From the human T2T-CHM13v2.0 reference genome, Homo sapiens, in assembly GCF_009914755.1 (NCBI RefSeq), contig NC_060932.1: a DNA stretch of 64,000 bases, one strand, 5' to 3'. The position numbers and the translations under genes were made by a program. This document shows positions 1 to 17,444 of this stretch, piece after piece (position 1 is the stretch's first letter; each line of letters opens with the position of its first letter). The notes below the pieces were generated by a model. It had not been told where the DNA came from. It saw only the letters and a program-made list of their open reading frames with translations, and made no database searches.

Positions 1-1394
1 CACTGGCAGAATTGCATGATCCACCAGGAGTTAGTGACAGACAAGGGGTGGTCCTGAAGCAGGGTGCATGGTGGGGGTGGATTAGAGCAGTCAGGGTCTA
101 GAAGGAGGTAACATAAATCGAGATGACTAGACAATAAACTTCTGGGCAAGACCAAGCAGAGCCTTACAGCAGGCGTAGGGTAGGGGCTATGATTGGATGC
201 ATGTTGTGAAATGAGGTTCCCCAGAGAGGGTTGTGGGGCAAACACAACTTGGAGGATAGAACATGTGCAGACTTCATGGGTCCAGAATGCTCAGGACTCC
301 AGTTAGACCCAGGACCTCATGCAGACCAGCAGGTCCCGAGCAGCGGTTCAGGGACGCTGAGCTCCCACAGGGATGTGGTGCATACACTCAACTCTGTTTC
401 TTTGAGAGCTTTTAGGATACCTCTGTTTATAAGTAACAGAAATCCCAAATCAAACCGGCTTAGACAATAAAGGAGGTGGGGTTTGGAGCTGGTTTAATAG
501 ACCTGTCTCTGCAATTCCCTTTATTCTGCCCCTCCCTCATGTCTGCTGCCTTTTTTTCCCCTCACAGTGGGGAAACCACAGCAGTAGTTCAAGTTCCAAG
601 CCTTGTATCTGCAGCCACAAATAGAGAGGAAGAGGGGTCTGTTTTTTAGGATTCTCTGCAAAATCCTGAGTTCATAAACCACCCACTGTGGCAAGGGAAA
701 TGTCAGGCATCTAGAGGCCGAGGTGAACCACAGAAAGGATGGAATTAATCTTTCAGTCTTAAACACCTCTGTAGCTTAGGGCGGGTTGCAAACAAGCCCC
801 AAATCTCCTAGAACACACAGATCTTCTCCAGAATAGTGGCATCTGATCTTGACCACCCAGGAGAGAAGGTTCATTTCCTGTGGATGGTGAGTGATCCTTC
901 ACTGGAGATGGTCAAGCCAAGGCCAAATGACCACCAGGCAGAGCTGTTGGGGACTAGCAAATTATCAGAAGGAAGTTGGACCCAATTGCCTCCTTGTTAC
1001 TTTGAATCTATCACGACAGTGTTACTTAATTATTCCCCTTATTTTGCTGAAGATGCCCTCACTGAGATCAGCATTTCTCATTACATTAATTGTTTCAATA
1101 TTGTCTGCTGGGAAAAGGACTTGGCTGGGTTTCAGAGCTCAGGAGCGGTCAGGAGAGGTCAAAGCAAGTAATTTCCCCACAATATGTCGGGCTTTTTACT
1201 AACAGTCACAGAATGCAAAAGCCCAAGGACTTCTTTGAGGTGTGGCTGCTGAGGCACAGAGAGGCATAGGGTCTTAACTATGAAGACAAAGGGAGTTGGT
1301 GGAAAAAGCAAGTGGGAAGCCCAGCTGTCACGACCCCCTGGGCCATGGTTCTTCCTCCTCACCATGACATCTTCTTGTGGCTAAGTGAGGAGGG

Positions 1395-1830
1395 CTGTCC
1401 CAGGCTGGGCTGCATCCTGCCCTGTGCATTCACCTGTCACAGGCTGCGCTGCATCCTGTCCCATGCATCCGCCTGTCGCATGCTGTGCTGCATCCTGTCC
1501 TGTGCATCCAACTGTCGCAGTTGGGCTGTGCCATACCCTGTGCATTCACCTGTTGCAGGCTGGGCTGCATCCTGCCCTGTGTATCCCTTCACCTGTCAGA
1601 GGCTTGGCTGCATCCTGCCCTGTGCATACACCTGTCACAGACTGGGCTGCATCCTACCCTGTGCATTCACCTGTCACAGTCTGGGCTGCATCCTGCCCTG
1701 TGCATTTACTTGTCACAGGCTGGGCTGCATCGTGCCCTGTCCCTTTACTTGTCACAGACTGGGCTGCATCCTGCCCTGTGCATTTACTTGTCACAGGCTG
1801 GGCTGCATCCTGCCCTGTGCATACACCTGT
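1395..1830. repeat. 39-bp minisatellite (VNTR), about 11 copies
   Basis: Unit ctgtcacaggctgggctgcatcctgccctgtgcattcac repeated in tandem; copies 2-5 are more degenerate. Confidence 0.95.
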
Positions 1831-4542
1831 TGGCCTCTCTGGACATGTCCTGTCCTCTGCCAGCTGACCGCTAACCCTCATCTTTCAGAATTCCTCCTGA
1901 GCATCAGAGATGCTGAATGCTTCCTTGATCCCCAAGCTCCTGAAACTTGATCTTTCCTCTGATGGAATTCGAGATCAAGTTTTAGGAGACTGGGGATCAG
2001 GGACGCATTCAGCGTAGAAGAGTTTCTTTTGTACTCTGTGCAAACTTCCCTCCCACTCTCAAAGAATTGAATGGTCCTTGGTCATGTACAGTTGATCTCC
2101 TTTCTCCAGACTACGCCTCTTAAGGACAGGACCCTTAACTTGTTCATATTTCTCTGAATGCCTAGCATGGTAGGCATTGTAGAGGTTCAAACAATGCTCA
2201 ATGGCTGAATAATTGAATGAGGAAGTGAATAATACCTTAAGCGAACAAATTGAAATTACACAAATGCGATCACCATTTCAATTAACATTCCTGTTCAAAG
2301 AGGAGATAATAAGAAATCATGCAACATTGTTGAAAAGAACTGTGTGCACTCTCAATAAGCCAACAAGTGAAACTGTTTCACATTTTAACTGAAAGATGTG
2401 TCAGAGTATATGGAAAAAACCTTCTGAAACAATAAGGGATATTTTCAGTAAAAAATGTCTATGTATGAATGAATGTATGCTGTCTATTTTAGTTAGGTAT
2501 GCATTATAAATGTGTGTCTATATTTAACTATATTTTAAATTAGGAATTCATCTGTGAAAGCTTTGCCTAAAGCCTTCCAATCACTTTGCACTGCACTTGG
2601 AAAATACTGAAGCCCACTGACAGAGGCTGCAGGCTGTGGCATTTGCCTTCCTCTCCCTGGCATGTCCTGCCACCCTCCTGCTGTCCACACTCGAGACACT
2701 CTTGCTGGGGGCTGCATGCACTGACTTGATCCTTTTCAGGGTCTTTGCATTTTTCTCACCATCTCACTCTTACCTCATATTTTAAAATATCTGATTCTTA
2801 CGTATGATTTGGACCTTTGTTACTGAGAGAGATGCGTTTTCTGGAGTAGTTATTTTCCCGGTCACCCTGTCGCCTCTTCTTGTGGGATGTCGTTGTTGAC
2901 TCATTCGTTTGCCTCTTGTCTGCCTCCTTCATTCGAAGGTGAAGTCTGTCAGAGGCCTTGTCTGTCTTGTTCTTGCCATACTCTGATATCCAGCAGGGTA
3001 TTCTAGCACAGGGAAGTAATATATATTGAAGGGACACAAACATAAAATGAACATAAGCCCATAAAAATTGTAAGAAATAAATAGTAAACTCTTTACGGTG
3101 GTCATCTCTGGCAGTGAAGTAACTGTGAGAGTATAGTCTTCCTACTATACTTGGCAATACCTTAAGAATATCTTACATGAACATGTTTGGATTTTTTTTT
3201 CAAAATACATTTCTTAAAAATTTATGTCATCTTGGCTTTGAATTATTTTTAACAAAAAGCTCTTGTTGTTTTTCCCCCGGGAATTGTCATCTATACATGC
3301 TGTGGCAAACCTTTAAGCATAAATAGAAAAGCTCCTCTGATGATGTCACATGGATGGTGTCCTTGACATCCTTGAAAGATTAAGCAGACACAAGGAAAGG
3401 AAAAAATAGACTCATGAGGCTGAATGGAGCCATCCATTTATCTAATCCATCTTGCTTATTTTATTAATGATAGAACTGAAGCTCTAAGAGTCAGGTGCTA
3501 CAAAAGTGGAAAGATGCAAGAGTGGGGAGTAAGAGTTCTGACCACTTGTTGCTGGGTGACCCTGGCTAGTCCTCTGCACCCTCTATGCACCAGCTTTTTG
3601 TACTATAAAACATGAGGGGCGTTGTCTTGCCGGCTTCTGAGGTCTGTTCAGTTCTGCCAACCCACACTGCTCTTTGTGACTCAACAAGTCCTACATGAGA
3701 AATTCTGACTACCGTGAAAGTATAACCATGATTAATTTTTTGAGTTATTGATTAGAGAAAGAGCCACACTACTTCAGAGTTTAAGGGAAGTACAGAGAGT
3801 AAGATGAGGATATGGCCATGCTGAGCACATCTTCTTCCAGCTATGATGTTGAAAGTCTCAAGCGACTGTCCTCAGCATCTTAAAAACCAAGGACAAGCTG
3901 AATAAATACAACAATCATAATTTTAAAAAATCAGAAATCTGCACATGCAGAAACAAAGCCAGAATTAAATTCCCAGAAGGAGTGAAGTCTTCCTAGTCTT
4001 CCTAGGAGAGGAGTCCACATATGTTTTCATCCCCAGGGTCATGACAGAAGAAGTGAATCTGTTATAGGAGAACCAAGAAGAAACCAGCTCACATTTTTAC
4101 CATGTTTCATGGCCACATGTGAGGTGATAGGATGGAGTGGAATTGCTAGGTGCCTGCATCACAAAGCTGGTTGCAATCACTTGCCAGCATTTTCCTTGGG
4201 GCCCTTGCCAAGTGTGTATGATATGTTAGAGGTTGGAGGAAGGCAGGAGAGCTAAAAGAGAACTTCCAAGTTGGATGGAGCCTTTCCTGCTGCATGTGAA
4301 TGCTTGTTTTTGGGTGGAGTCAGGGCAGAAAATATAGAAAAGCTCCTAGAGTGGCCTGCCAGGAATGGAAGGTAGCAATCTTCCAAAGTCTGGAGGTAGA
4401 TCGGAGAGATGAGAGAGATTGGCTTCACTAAGTATAAGGTGGCCGCTAGCTGAAGGCTGGGACAAGGAAGAAGGAAGGAAATGGATTGCCACAAAAGAAA
4501 AAGGCTAGAAGTGGGACAAAAGAGACTCAAAAACCTGATGAT

Positions 4543-4829
<287 letters not shown>

Positions 4830-5541
4830 GCCTGGTGACTAGGCTTTAAATCAGACAGAGATAGTTTTTGATTCAGAAAATTGCCAGATGGGTAGTAAAG
4901 CATAAAGAAGTTTTTAGAGTTTAACCAGTAGTCAGATCCTGAGAACTTTCTAAGCATAATTATTATGTTCTTTGGATCTACTGTATCCTTGCATATAATG
5001 CATACATATAATTTTAAAAAGGTTTAAAGATATGTGTAGCAGCAAACCAACCAAAATGCAGCCAAAATTAAGTGACACAACATTAACCAGAAACAGATCC
5101 AGAGGTAGCCCAGAGTTTGAAATGAGGAGATGAGGACTTTAACATAACTATGAAAAATATGTGAGTAAATCTACTGGAAATGATAAGGAGCTTAGATACC
5201 TGATGGGAGCTTGGAACTATGAGAAAAACAAAAGAACATCAGATTTATAAATATGTACATAAGTATATTTAAAAACCTTATTTATTATCATGTACACTTT
5301 AACATATTGACTGTATAAAGCAAAAATAACACAGTATTGTGGGGTTTGTAAAATCTATAAGTACAGAGCACAAAGGGCAGAAAGGAAGTAAATGGAATTA
5401 TATTTTTGTGAGATTCTCACATTTTTTTCTAACGTGTATGATTGTTTGAAGGTAGACTGTGATATTAATTATGTCTGTAATAATCTTTAGAGCACAACTC
5501 AAACATATCATAAATACATTGAATTTATAAGTACATAAAAG

Positions 5542-6310
<769 letters not shown>

Positions 6311-6555
6311 GTTATAATGTGGTATCAAGAAATAGTCAAAAATGTAAAAGAAGGAACAGAGTAACAACAGATGAGACTAGTAGAAAATAAATACCCAAGT
6401 GAAACCCTAAACTTAAAAATAGTGATTATGACACTTACTGCAAATGGATAAGTTCACCACATGAAATGTCCAGATTATAAAGTTGTATAAAGGAAAGACA
6501 AGATCCAAGTAGATCTTGATTAAAACAACATAACTTAAACCTAAAGACATAAACA

Positions 6556-6862
6556 GGCCAGGCACGGTGGCTCACACCTGTAATCCCAGCACTTTGAGAG
6601 GCCGAGGTGGGAAGATCACCTTAGTAAGGCCAGGAGTTCGAGACCAGCCTGGCCAACATGGTGAAACCCCATCTCTACTAAAAAAAATATATATAAAAAT
6701 TAACTGGGCGTGGTGGTGGGAGCCTGTAATTCCAGCTACTCAGGAGGCTGAGGCAGGAGAATAACTTGAACCTGGGGGCGGAGGCTGCAGTAAGCAGAGA
6801 TTGCACCACTGCACTCCAGCCTGGGAGACAAAACGAGGCTCCAATTAAAAAGAAAAAAAAAA
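6556..6862 (+). mobile_element. AluS
   Basis: ggccaggcacggtggctcac start, dimer, A tail. Confidence 0.95.
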
Positions 6863-7199
6863 TACTTAAACTGTTTAAACATGAAAGGATGTGAAGGGAT
6901 ATCTTTGCAATCACTAAACATAAGAAAGCAGAAGGAGTTCTATTAATATGAAAAAGGAGACGTCAAGATAAGGACTATTACCAGAGATAAAGAATATTTA
7001 ATAATGAGCAAAGCCCAATTCATCATAATGCCATAACAATCTTAAATTATATGCACCTAGCAACAGCTTCAACTGCTGTGAAGACAACAGAACTACAGGG
7101 ACAAATAGATAAATCCATCTTTGTGATTGGAGAATTAACATGCTTTTCTCAGTAGCCGAGTAATTGATTTAGGAATCAGAAGAAATGAGTTAGAATGTA

Positions 7200-7699
7200 T
7201 GTGGCCAACTGCCACAATTACTACCTAAGACTGTCACTTTCCGCGGTTACTACTGTTACTACTTGAGACCGTCATTACAGGACTGAATGAAAGGGGAGGA
7301 ACGCAGGAATGAAAACTTAAAACGAAAGAATCTGTTTTAAGGAAGGGGCCAGGGGAAGAAGAAGAGAGCTCCTTGCTTCTAGTGAGCAAAGGCAGCACCC
7401 CTGATCTTCTACAGCCCTTCGCATTTATTGGGTAGAAACAGCAGGGAGCACGAGGTAACGACTGGTCAACTGCTTAATTGATCACAGGTTCACATTATTG
7501 CTAACAGGCTTCAGATGTGCCTAATCACAAGCAACACTGCACTTAGGGTGTGACTGCCCCCAGCATTCCTTCTGGGTGGCAGACGCAGTTGGTCAGTTTG
7601 CCAACATTCTGCATTTATGAGAACAGTTTGCTGTTTACTCATGTGGCCTCCAGTGGTATACTGAGTTGATCACAACCCTTACTCTTTCGGCCTGCAACA
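7200..7699 (-). mobile_element. ERVK solo LTR, LTR3-like (HERV-K HML-6)
   Basis: 500 bp with TG...CA ends; minus strand starts tgttgcaggccgaaagagtaagggttgtgatcaactcagtataccactggagg; 6-bp TSD aatgta (7194-7199) / aatata (7700-7705); family name from recall. Confidence 0.75.
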
Positions 7700-8364
7700 A
7701 ATATAGACTGAGCAACACTACCATTAATTTGGCTTAATTAATATTATAAAAACATGTACCCAACAAATGCAGAAAAAAACTTTCTTTCAAGTTCACCTGG
7801 AACATTTGCCAAAATAGACCAAATGTCGGGCCACAAAAAGATTCAATGAAAGCCACACAATTGAGAGTCATACAGAGTATATTTGCTGACTACATTAAAT
7901 AAAATTTTAAATCAATACAATAACATATCTAAGAAGCTCCAACTATTTGGAAATTATTCAATAAACTTTGAAATAACCCGTGGGTCAAAGAATAAATCTA
8001 AAAAAATTGGAAAACACTTTCATATAAATGATAACAAAATATCAATATTTCACAATGCTGGGATGCAGCTAGAGCAATACTTAAAAGGAAATACCTAGCA
8101 CCAAATGCCAATATTACAAAAGAAATAAGATTTAAAATAAATTGACTAAGCTTCCACCTTGGGAACATGAAAAATTTATAAAAAAATAAATTCAATGTGA
8201 GTAGAAGGAGAATAATACAAATAAAATCAGAAATCAATGATATATAACAAAGGAAGACAATAACGTCAACTTAATCAAGATTTGGTTATTTGAAAAAGTT
8301 AACAAAATAAAATTAATAACTCCATTGCAAGATTTACTAAGAACAAAAAAGAACAGGTAAGAAA

Positions 8365-10070
<1,706 letters not shown>

Positions 10071-10334
10071 AGAAATAGGACAGAGAGAATAGTGCAGGAT
10101 TTTTATACTCTCTTCTTAAAAACACAACAACTAATAGCTAAGATATGTCTATGAAGACACACAATACACAGCAGACTTTTAATATGCATTAGTTTCTCTC
10201 TCAAAAATATAATCAGGCAAAACATTTAAACAGTGTATTGTATGTATTTCATATTAATGAAGCCTTAATCATAGTAAAAATGTAGAAACAACCTAAACAT
10301 TCAACATTAAAGACTCGGCTTAAAAAATTAGAGA

Positions 10335-10560
10335 ATAGGCAAATCCATAGAGAGAGAAGATATCCAGACATTATATCTGGGTAGTTGCCGGGGGAGATGG
10401 AGGAGAAATGAGGAGTGGCGGCTAATGGGTGCAGGGTTTCTTTTGGGGATGATGAAAATGTTCTAAAATTAAACTGTGGTGGTACTTGCACAGTTCTGTG
10501 TATATACTTAAACCACTGCATTGTACATGTTGAATGAATGCATTTTATCTTAAATAAAGC
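10335..10560 (+). mobile_element. L1MB 3'UTR fragment
   Basis: ggcaaatccatagag...gggtttctttttggggatgatgaaaatgttctaaaatt. Confidence 0.75.
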
Positions 10561-10711
10561 AAAATAGATTTATGAAAGAATGTTTACAAATGGTTTAGTA
10601 AGGAGAAAACATGAATTCTAATAGCAGGAAAAAAGGTATATTACTACATATTCAACAGACACAAAAATGATAATGAGGCATTTTTAAAAACTTTAAGCCA
10701 AAAAATTTGAC

Positions 10712-10989
10712 TTTTTTTTTTTTTTTTTGAGATGGAGTCTTGCTCTATCACCCAGGCTGGGCTCACCACAACCTCCAACTCCCGGGTTCAAGAGATTCTC
10801 GTGCCTCAGCCTCCAGAGTAGCTGGGATTACAGGTGTGCGCCACTATGCCCAGCTAATTTTTTGTATTTTTAGTAGAGACGGGGTTTCACCATGTTGGCC
10901 AGGCCTGTCTTGAACTCCTGACCTTAGGCGATCTGCCTGCCTTGGCCTCCCAGTGCTAGGATTACAGGCATGAGCCACCACACCCGACC
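10712..10989 (-). mobile_element. AluS with small internal deletion
   Basis: Antisense Alu; TSD aaatttgac at 10703-10711 and 10990-10998. Confidence 0.93.
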
Positions 10990-11938
10990 AAATTTGACAA
11001 TTTTTTTTTTCTCAAAAAACACAACTTTCTAAGACAAATAAAACGAGATGGGATATCTGCATAGCTCATATTAAAAAATGAAATTTTTAATTTAAAAACT
11101 TCCTCCAAAAGAAAACCTCAGACTCAGCTTCAATGGAGAATTATATCAAACATACAAGAAATAATACCAATCTTGCAAACATAACTTTCAAAACAGAGGA
11201 GGAGGGAATGCTTCTTAATTAACTTACTCTTTGAAGTTGGCATAAGCCTGAAAATGACAACATAGGAGGATATTAAAAGTAAAGAAAACTACTAGAGACC
11301 AACATTTCTCATAGATAGATATGCAAACATTCATAATAAGATATTACTAAAATGAATCTAGAAATACATAGAATGTGACGAGGTAAGGCATATCTCAGTA
11401 AGGTAAGGGTGGCTTTGCATGTGAGAATCATTGCATTCACCCAATTAAGATGACAAACCATAGGACCACTTTAGTAGAAGAATAAAAATTACTTGTTATA
11501 ATCTAATAACTGTTCAGGATAAAAATCTACACCAAACAGAAACAGAAGGCAATGCGCTGAATTTGATGGGAAGGGTCCTCGGAAAACTACAGCCCTCCTC
11601 ATACTTAATTGTGAAGCACTGAGTGCTTTCCTGCCGTCACTGGGTACTGGGCATGCATGACCACTTGCACGACTCACATGCAATGGCACTGAAAGTCTTA
11701 GACCGCAGACCGACAGGCATGCAGAAGCAGGGAGGGCATCAATATCACAAAGGAAGAACTCAAGCTTTCTGCATTCTCAGGTCCCATGATTGTATATGTA
11801 GAAATATCTAAGGAAGCTACAAAAGAAAGCTAGAACGCTAGAACTGTTCAATAAATTTAGCAAGGTTAACTTGCCCAACAACTGGATAACCATATTTTTA
11901 AAATCTCCATCCCTATTTCAATCATCTAGACAGTAATT

Positions 11939-12363
<425 letters not shown>

Positions 12364-13581
12364 TAGACAGTAATTCATTTAATGTAAATTTGAAATGAAT
12401 CATAGACTTAATTTTAAAAACTAGAACCATGAAACTTACAGAAGAATATATATTTTCTCAAATACACACTCTTCGTGTAGACAAAAGTTTCTTAGGGCAC
12501 AAAAGTACTAACCCTAAAAGAAAGTAAAAAGAAATAATGGGTGTCAGCAAATTGTTTTTTAAATGTGATCATCAAATGACACCTTTAAGTGAATTCATAC
12601 GTAAGCAGAAGACTGGGAGAAAATATTTGCAATGTGTATCTAACAAATAATTTATATTATGATATAAAAAATACTAAAAAATCAATAGCAAAAAGACAAC
12701 CGACACCTCCTGACTGCACTTTTGTACGGATGCTGAGTGAATTCTCATGGCTTCAGAGAAGGCCTTAAGGCAGATAACAAAAAACAGCAAGTGCATGAAG
12801 TGTGTTGCTATCTGCAAGTCTCTTTCATCTGTAGCTGTGGCTGAAACCACAGTGGGGGAGGAGATGCCTGGTGGAGCACCCACGGCATCTTTTATTGATA
12901 GGTTCACTCCCATAGCCACTTCCTTGATGGTCAGGGAATTAAGATGAATAAAGAGGCCGCCAACATATCGCCCGAGTCTAAATCTTTCTTAGGAATTCGA
13001 GGACATCGTAAGGAACGCAGCGTGGAAAAGCCCAGCAGAAGAGGCAGGAGATGGCCCTAGCTCCATAGCTGCACCTGCGCCATCCACAACACCGCAGGGC
13101 AGGTATTCTGGGGCTATGAAGGGAACCTGGCCAGGGGCTGGACATTAGGAGCCTGGGGAAGGAGCCAGGACCCTGTTTCTCCGGTATATTTAGGTGGAAA
13201 TCCTTGGGGACTGCAGAGTGGGAAGGATTTGCAGAAACAACTGTATCCTACTACTTACTAGTCATGCGACCTTACACGTTTTACTTCCTTTCTTAGAGCT
13301 TCCACACCCTTCTTTGTAAACTGGGAATAATAACAGTTTATTTATGATAAAGATCATAAATTTTCCTCCCAGGGTTATGAGAAGGATCAAATGAGAGAAA
13401 ATGTAACTGTAATCTGAAAAGTATTATTATTAAGACAAACAACATTGAAAATGGACACAGTGTACAATGCCTTACATATGTCTTAACAAGCAGAAAATAA
13501 CCAACAGGAGGATGAATATATTTCTGTTGACTTTTTAGAAGAGCAAAACACAAGTACTGTAAACTTACGTAGAATGAGCTA

Positions 13582-13934
13582 TGTATTAGTCTGTTTTCAT
13601 GCTGCTGATAAAGACATACAGAGACTGGGAAGAAAAAGAGGTTTAATTGGACTTACAGTTTCATATGGCTGGGGAGGCCTCAGAATCATGGCAGGAGGTG
13701 AAAGGCACTTCTTACATAGCGGTGGCAAGAGAAAATTAGAAATAAACAAAAGTGGAAACCCCTGATAAACCCATTAGATCTCAGGAGACTTAGTCACTAT
13801 TACGAGAATAGCACTGGAAAGACCTGCCCCCATGATTCAATTACCTCCATCTGGGTCCCTCCCACAACACATGGGAATTCTGGGAGATACAATTCAGGTT
13901 GAGATTTGTGCGGGGACACAGCTAAACCATATCA
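13582..13934 (-). mobile_element. THE1A-like MaLR solo LTR
   Basis: tgtattagtc...aaaccatatca, 353 bp; perfect 5-bp TSD agcta (13577-13581 / 13935-13939). Confidence 0.9.
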
Positions 13935-14411
13935 AGCTACACCACATCAGAATGATCTACTTTTTATTGAAGGAAACTTCTCATTGAAATATTTTTTTTT
14001 TTTAAAAAAAAAGAAAATCTAATCACTAAAGCTAACAGAGAGTGCCAACAAAATCAATAATATAAGCCAAAATACTGCCCATTTCAGTTAAATTATCTGT
14101 ATGGAACAGTACAAAATTAATTGTGAGTTAGAATATTTAAGTTACTGTATATTTTATTTTAGGTTTAAAAGTAAAGATAAATTAAAAATAAAATGATGGG
14201 GAAGGACGTTCAGTGAAGTTAACATGTACAAATGTTCTTAGCAGAGTAGAAACTGATAGAAATATTTAATAATAACTGAAATTAAATTAAATATAGAGAT
14301 TTGTTTTTAAATAAAGATATTAATAAAAGAATAGACACACCATAGGTTCCAACTGGCAGAGAATAAGGAAATCACAGGCTATTTTGTCTCTCAAGAAAAG
14401 AGAAAAATAAA

Positions 14412-14859
14412 CATTTGCTCAGAGTTTCTGAGGGTCAGGAATCTGGGGGCAGCTTAGCTGTGGGGTCCTGGTTCAGAGTCTCTCGTGAGGCACCCCTCGA
14501 ACCCATGGCTCAGTCACCTAGAGGCACGATGGGTTCCCTTCCACATCACCCACTCCCAGGGCTGTGGGCAGCTCCTCCCTGGCTGTGGCATGGGAACTTC
14601 TCCCTGGACATCCTCAGGGTCTGCAGGACACGGCACCTGACTCTCCCCAGCATGAGTCCTCAGAGAGAGGGGGTGCGAGTCTCCCACCTGGAAGCTGCAG
14701 TCTTTTTATAACTGAAACTCAGAAGTGCCCTCCTTTCTGCTGCACTGTATTCATTAGAGCTGAGTCCTGAGGTCCACCCTACACTCAAGATGAGGCTGAC
14801 ACAAGGAGGTGAGAAGCAGGAGGAGGGAATTGTTGGGGGCCACCTCCAGGTTACCTATC

Positions 14860-14860
<1 letters not shown>
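14412..14860 (-). mobile_element. Old MLT1-type LTR fragment
   Basis: tttctgagggtcaggaatctgggggcagcttagctg...cctttctgctgcactgtattcattag. Confidence 0.6.

Positions 14861-14862
<2 letters not shown>

Positions 14863-14899
<37 letters not shown>
14863..14899. repeat. (TG)n microsatellite
   Basis: About 18 uninterrupted GT units. Confidence 0.97.
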
Positions 14900-14900
<1 letters not shown>

Positions 14901-16354
14901 TGGTGGTGTCAAATATAAAGCAATTCAACACTTAGGAAAGGAGACATGACTCCCAAGGATAATTGCCAAGGGAGAGAAGGACCATGGTATCTGCCAGTCT
15001 CTCAGAAGAGTTTATCTTTTAAAGTACAGAGTGAAAGAGTCTAGAAAGAAACAGGTGTGTGTGGGAGTTTTGTCCTCAGGCAGCCTGTTCCCTGGAGGGC
15101 CTTTGGGAGCACTCAGGCTGGGGTCTGGGGTCTGCAGGGAAAGAGCAACAAGCAGAGTTTGGTTAAAATGTTGTTGTTGTTTTTAAATTAATCAGTGAGG
15201 ACAAGAAGTTCTGCTAATTGTTTAGGGGGCAAATAATGGGAATGTGGAGGTCTGTGCCTGGTCTTGCCATAGGTAAACAGGGGGCATCTATGCGCCTTAT
15301 TTGGGGAGGGGGGCTTCTTGCTATAAGTGGTTTCCTGGCGCACACAGTTTGGGATGGGGAGGTTCTTTAGCTGTGACCATCTTCCAGCATCACGGCTGGG
15401 GTAAAAGCCAGGATTGCCAGTGGACAGCGCTGTGGCGTGGACCTTCACAGATAGTTAGAATTTCAGTAGCTATAGAAGGTGCAAGGTTTATATGATTTGG
15501 GATGTGCTCAGCTGCTAGTAACAGAATATCCAATTACAGGGCTTAAGGAGAAAGCCTGGTTATCCCTCCTAACAAGAGGCACTGGGTCTGGCAATGCCAG
15601 GCTTGCTCCAGCAGCTTGGCCATCCTGGGGTTCCAGGCTTTTCCCTCGATGTTGCATGAAGCCACTGCTGGTCCAGCACCCTGTCCTCATGCAGAAGCTG
15701 CTCGGGAAGGAAAGAAGTGGGCCAGGCAGAAAAGGAGGCTTTGCTTTTGCTGAGGAGAAAAAGCTGTCACAGAAGAGATGTGGCAGGCTTCCCAGCCACC
15801 CCCAGCCAGAGCCCTGGCAACTGGTTACCCTTAGTTTGAGTCTCAAGGCAAGTGGGGAAGAGGCATCGGGGAAGGGAGAATGGGAGGCCAGAACTGGTCT
15901 CAGCTCAGGGGAGCTCAAATCAAGGTCACCACCGCCTGAGAGACACCAGGGTTTTGTTAGCAGGGATGAAGGGGTGAGGGATGGGTGACTAATGGCTGGG
16001 TAAAAATCAATGTCTGTGCCAGGGTGCTTTGGACAGAGCACCTCTGTGCAGCTCAGGTTCATCCAGACGTCTCGTTAGAGAAGGACTGCAGGGTACCACG
16101 CGCTGAAGGACGGTGGCCCTGGCCTGGAATCTCAGCCTTCACTTCTGCAGTGTTCCCGGGAGATGTTGATGTCGCTGACCGAGGAACACAACCTTGAGGA
16201 TCACTGGTATAGGCCAAGGTTCGGGGCATGAAAATCTGTTTGAAGTTTGGAGACTCTGCAGTAATCAGAGGGTAAACAGGTGGACTCACCCCACACAATG
16301 GTGCGTCTAGGTGGCTAGCTGGGACGTTTAGCCTCGACACTCGCTGTGGTCTAG

Positions 16355-16645
16355 ACCACCTTGTCTAATAGTAGAAATAGAATGTGAGCCACAGAGTGAT
16401 TTTCAATTTTTTTATATTCATATTAAAAAGTAAAAAGAAGCAGGTGAAATGAATTTTAATAATATATTTTATTGATCCTAAATGTATCATGAATATAAAA
16501 TTTTTAATGAGATAGTTCATGTTTTTTTTAATTGTCTTTAAAATCTAGCATGGATTTCCCAGGACATCTCAATTCCTGCCAGCCCCATTTCAAGTGTTTG
16601 GTAGTCACACGTAGCCAGTAGCTACCACATTAAGCAATGCATTTA
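16355..16645. mobile_element. MER33/MER3-like hAT-Charlie non-autonomous DNA transposon
   Basis: gtctaatag...aatgtgagccaca...catttcaagtgtttggtagtcacacgtagccagtagctaccacatt. Confidence 0.75.
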
Positions 16646-16871
16646 GAGCTTTCCTCGGCTGCCTGGCTGGAGGTTGCCATCATTCCAACCCTAGGCAGTA
16701 GATAAGGAAAGGTCAGTAAGAACATTTGCAGTGGTTTTGGTCAGACAGGCTGAAGTCCTGGGTGTGCAGGAGACAGCTGGCTTCATTAGGTGAACTACCA
16801 TTTCTGTTATCATAGCCCTCATGTTAGCCCCTGACTTAGTTTGGCCCTGATAAAAGTATTCCTTATCTCAA

Positions 16872-17270
16872 ATGTGTAGAAATAAACAAAGATCACCCAA
16901 ATGAGAACAAACAGAGGCTATTTCTTCAGAATTTGCAGTAGCAAAAAGTTCAGCCCTTGCATTTGGCAGAGACTCAAAGGCAAGAAGAGCTTTACAGAGG
17001 AACACAGAGAGGCAGGGGTATGTGCTGACTGGGGAAGGTGCTGGCTGGAGCATCCGATGTCATTGGCTTAGGGAGCATATTTAGCTTTATCTGAGTGGTC
17101 CTGAGTTGAAAGTGGAGCAGAATAAGGGAAACTGGCAGTTGTTGACCAAGTCCTGATCATTCTGGGCCAATGTCTTCCGAGGCTGTGGTCCGGCTTCCTA
17201 GCTGGTTGCTACAGGAGTTGTGGGTCAGAGTTCTGTTGTCATCTGTGGACATGGTCTATGTGTATATTCT
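16872..17270. mobile_element. Old ERV LTR-like relic, family uncertain
   Basis: Resembles an antisense ERV1-class LTR (gagaacaaacagaggctattt...ggcagagactcaaaggca); recall only. Confidence 0.4.
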
Positions 17271-17444
17271 GTCTCTCTCCTGGAAAACCACAGCTCAATT
17301 CTATTTCAGCTTACTGGGGCTAAAATGTGAAAATCCAATTGCCAAGAGTTCTTTCTAGAAGCGTTGTGATTCCAAGGTTTTCTACTTCCTTTTGTTTTCT
17401 TAAGCCAACACCTGCAGTGTAACGATGTAATAAGAGGGCCCTGC

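Noticed and set aside
1395-1830. CRISPR-like periodicity
   Set aside because: Head-to-tail repeats with no unique spacers, in primate DNA, with no cas genes
1312-1950. 212-aa Cys-rich ORF resembling a keratin-associated or metallothionein-like protein
   Set aside because: Produced by a 39-bp stop-free VNTR that is open in all forward frames; starts at GTG; no gene context
12674-13130. Possible processed pseudogene in a CpG-richer unique stretch
   Set aside because: No recognisable protein, poly(A) tail or TSD
15479-16062. 169-aa and 184-aa antiparallel ORFs
   Set aside because: Non-ATG starts, no recognisable homology, and partly LTR-like sequence
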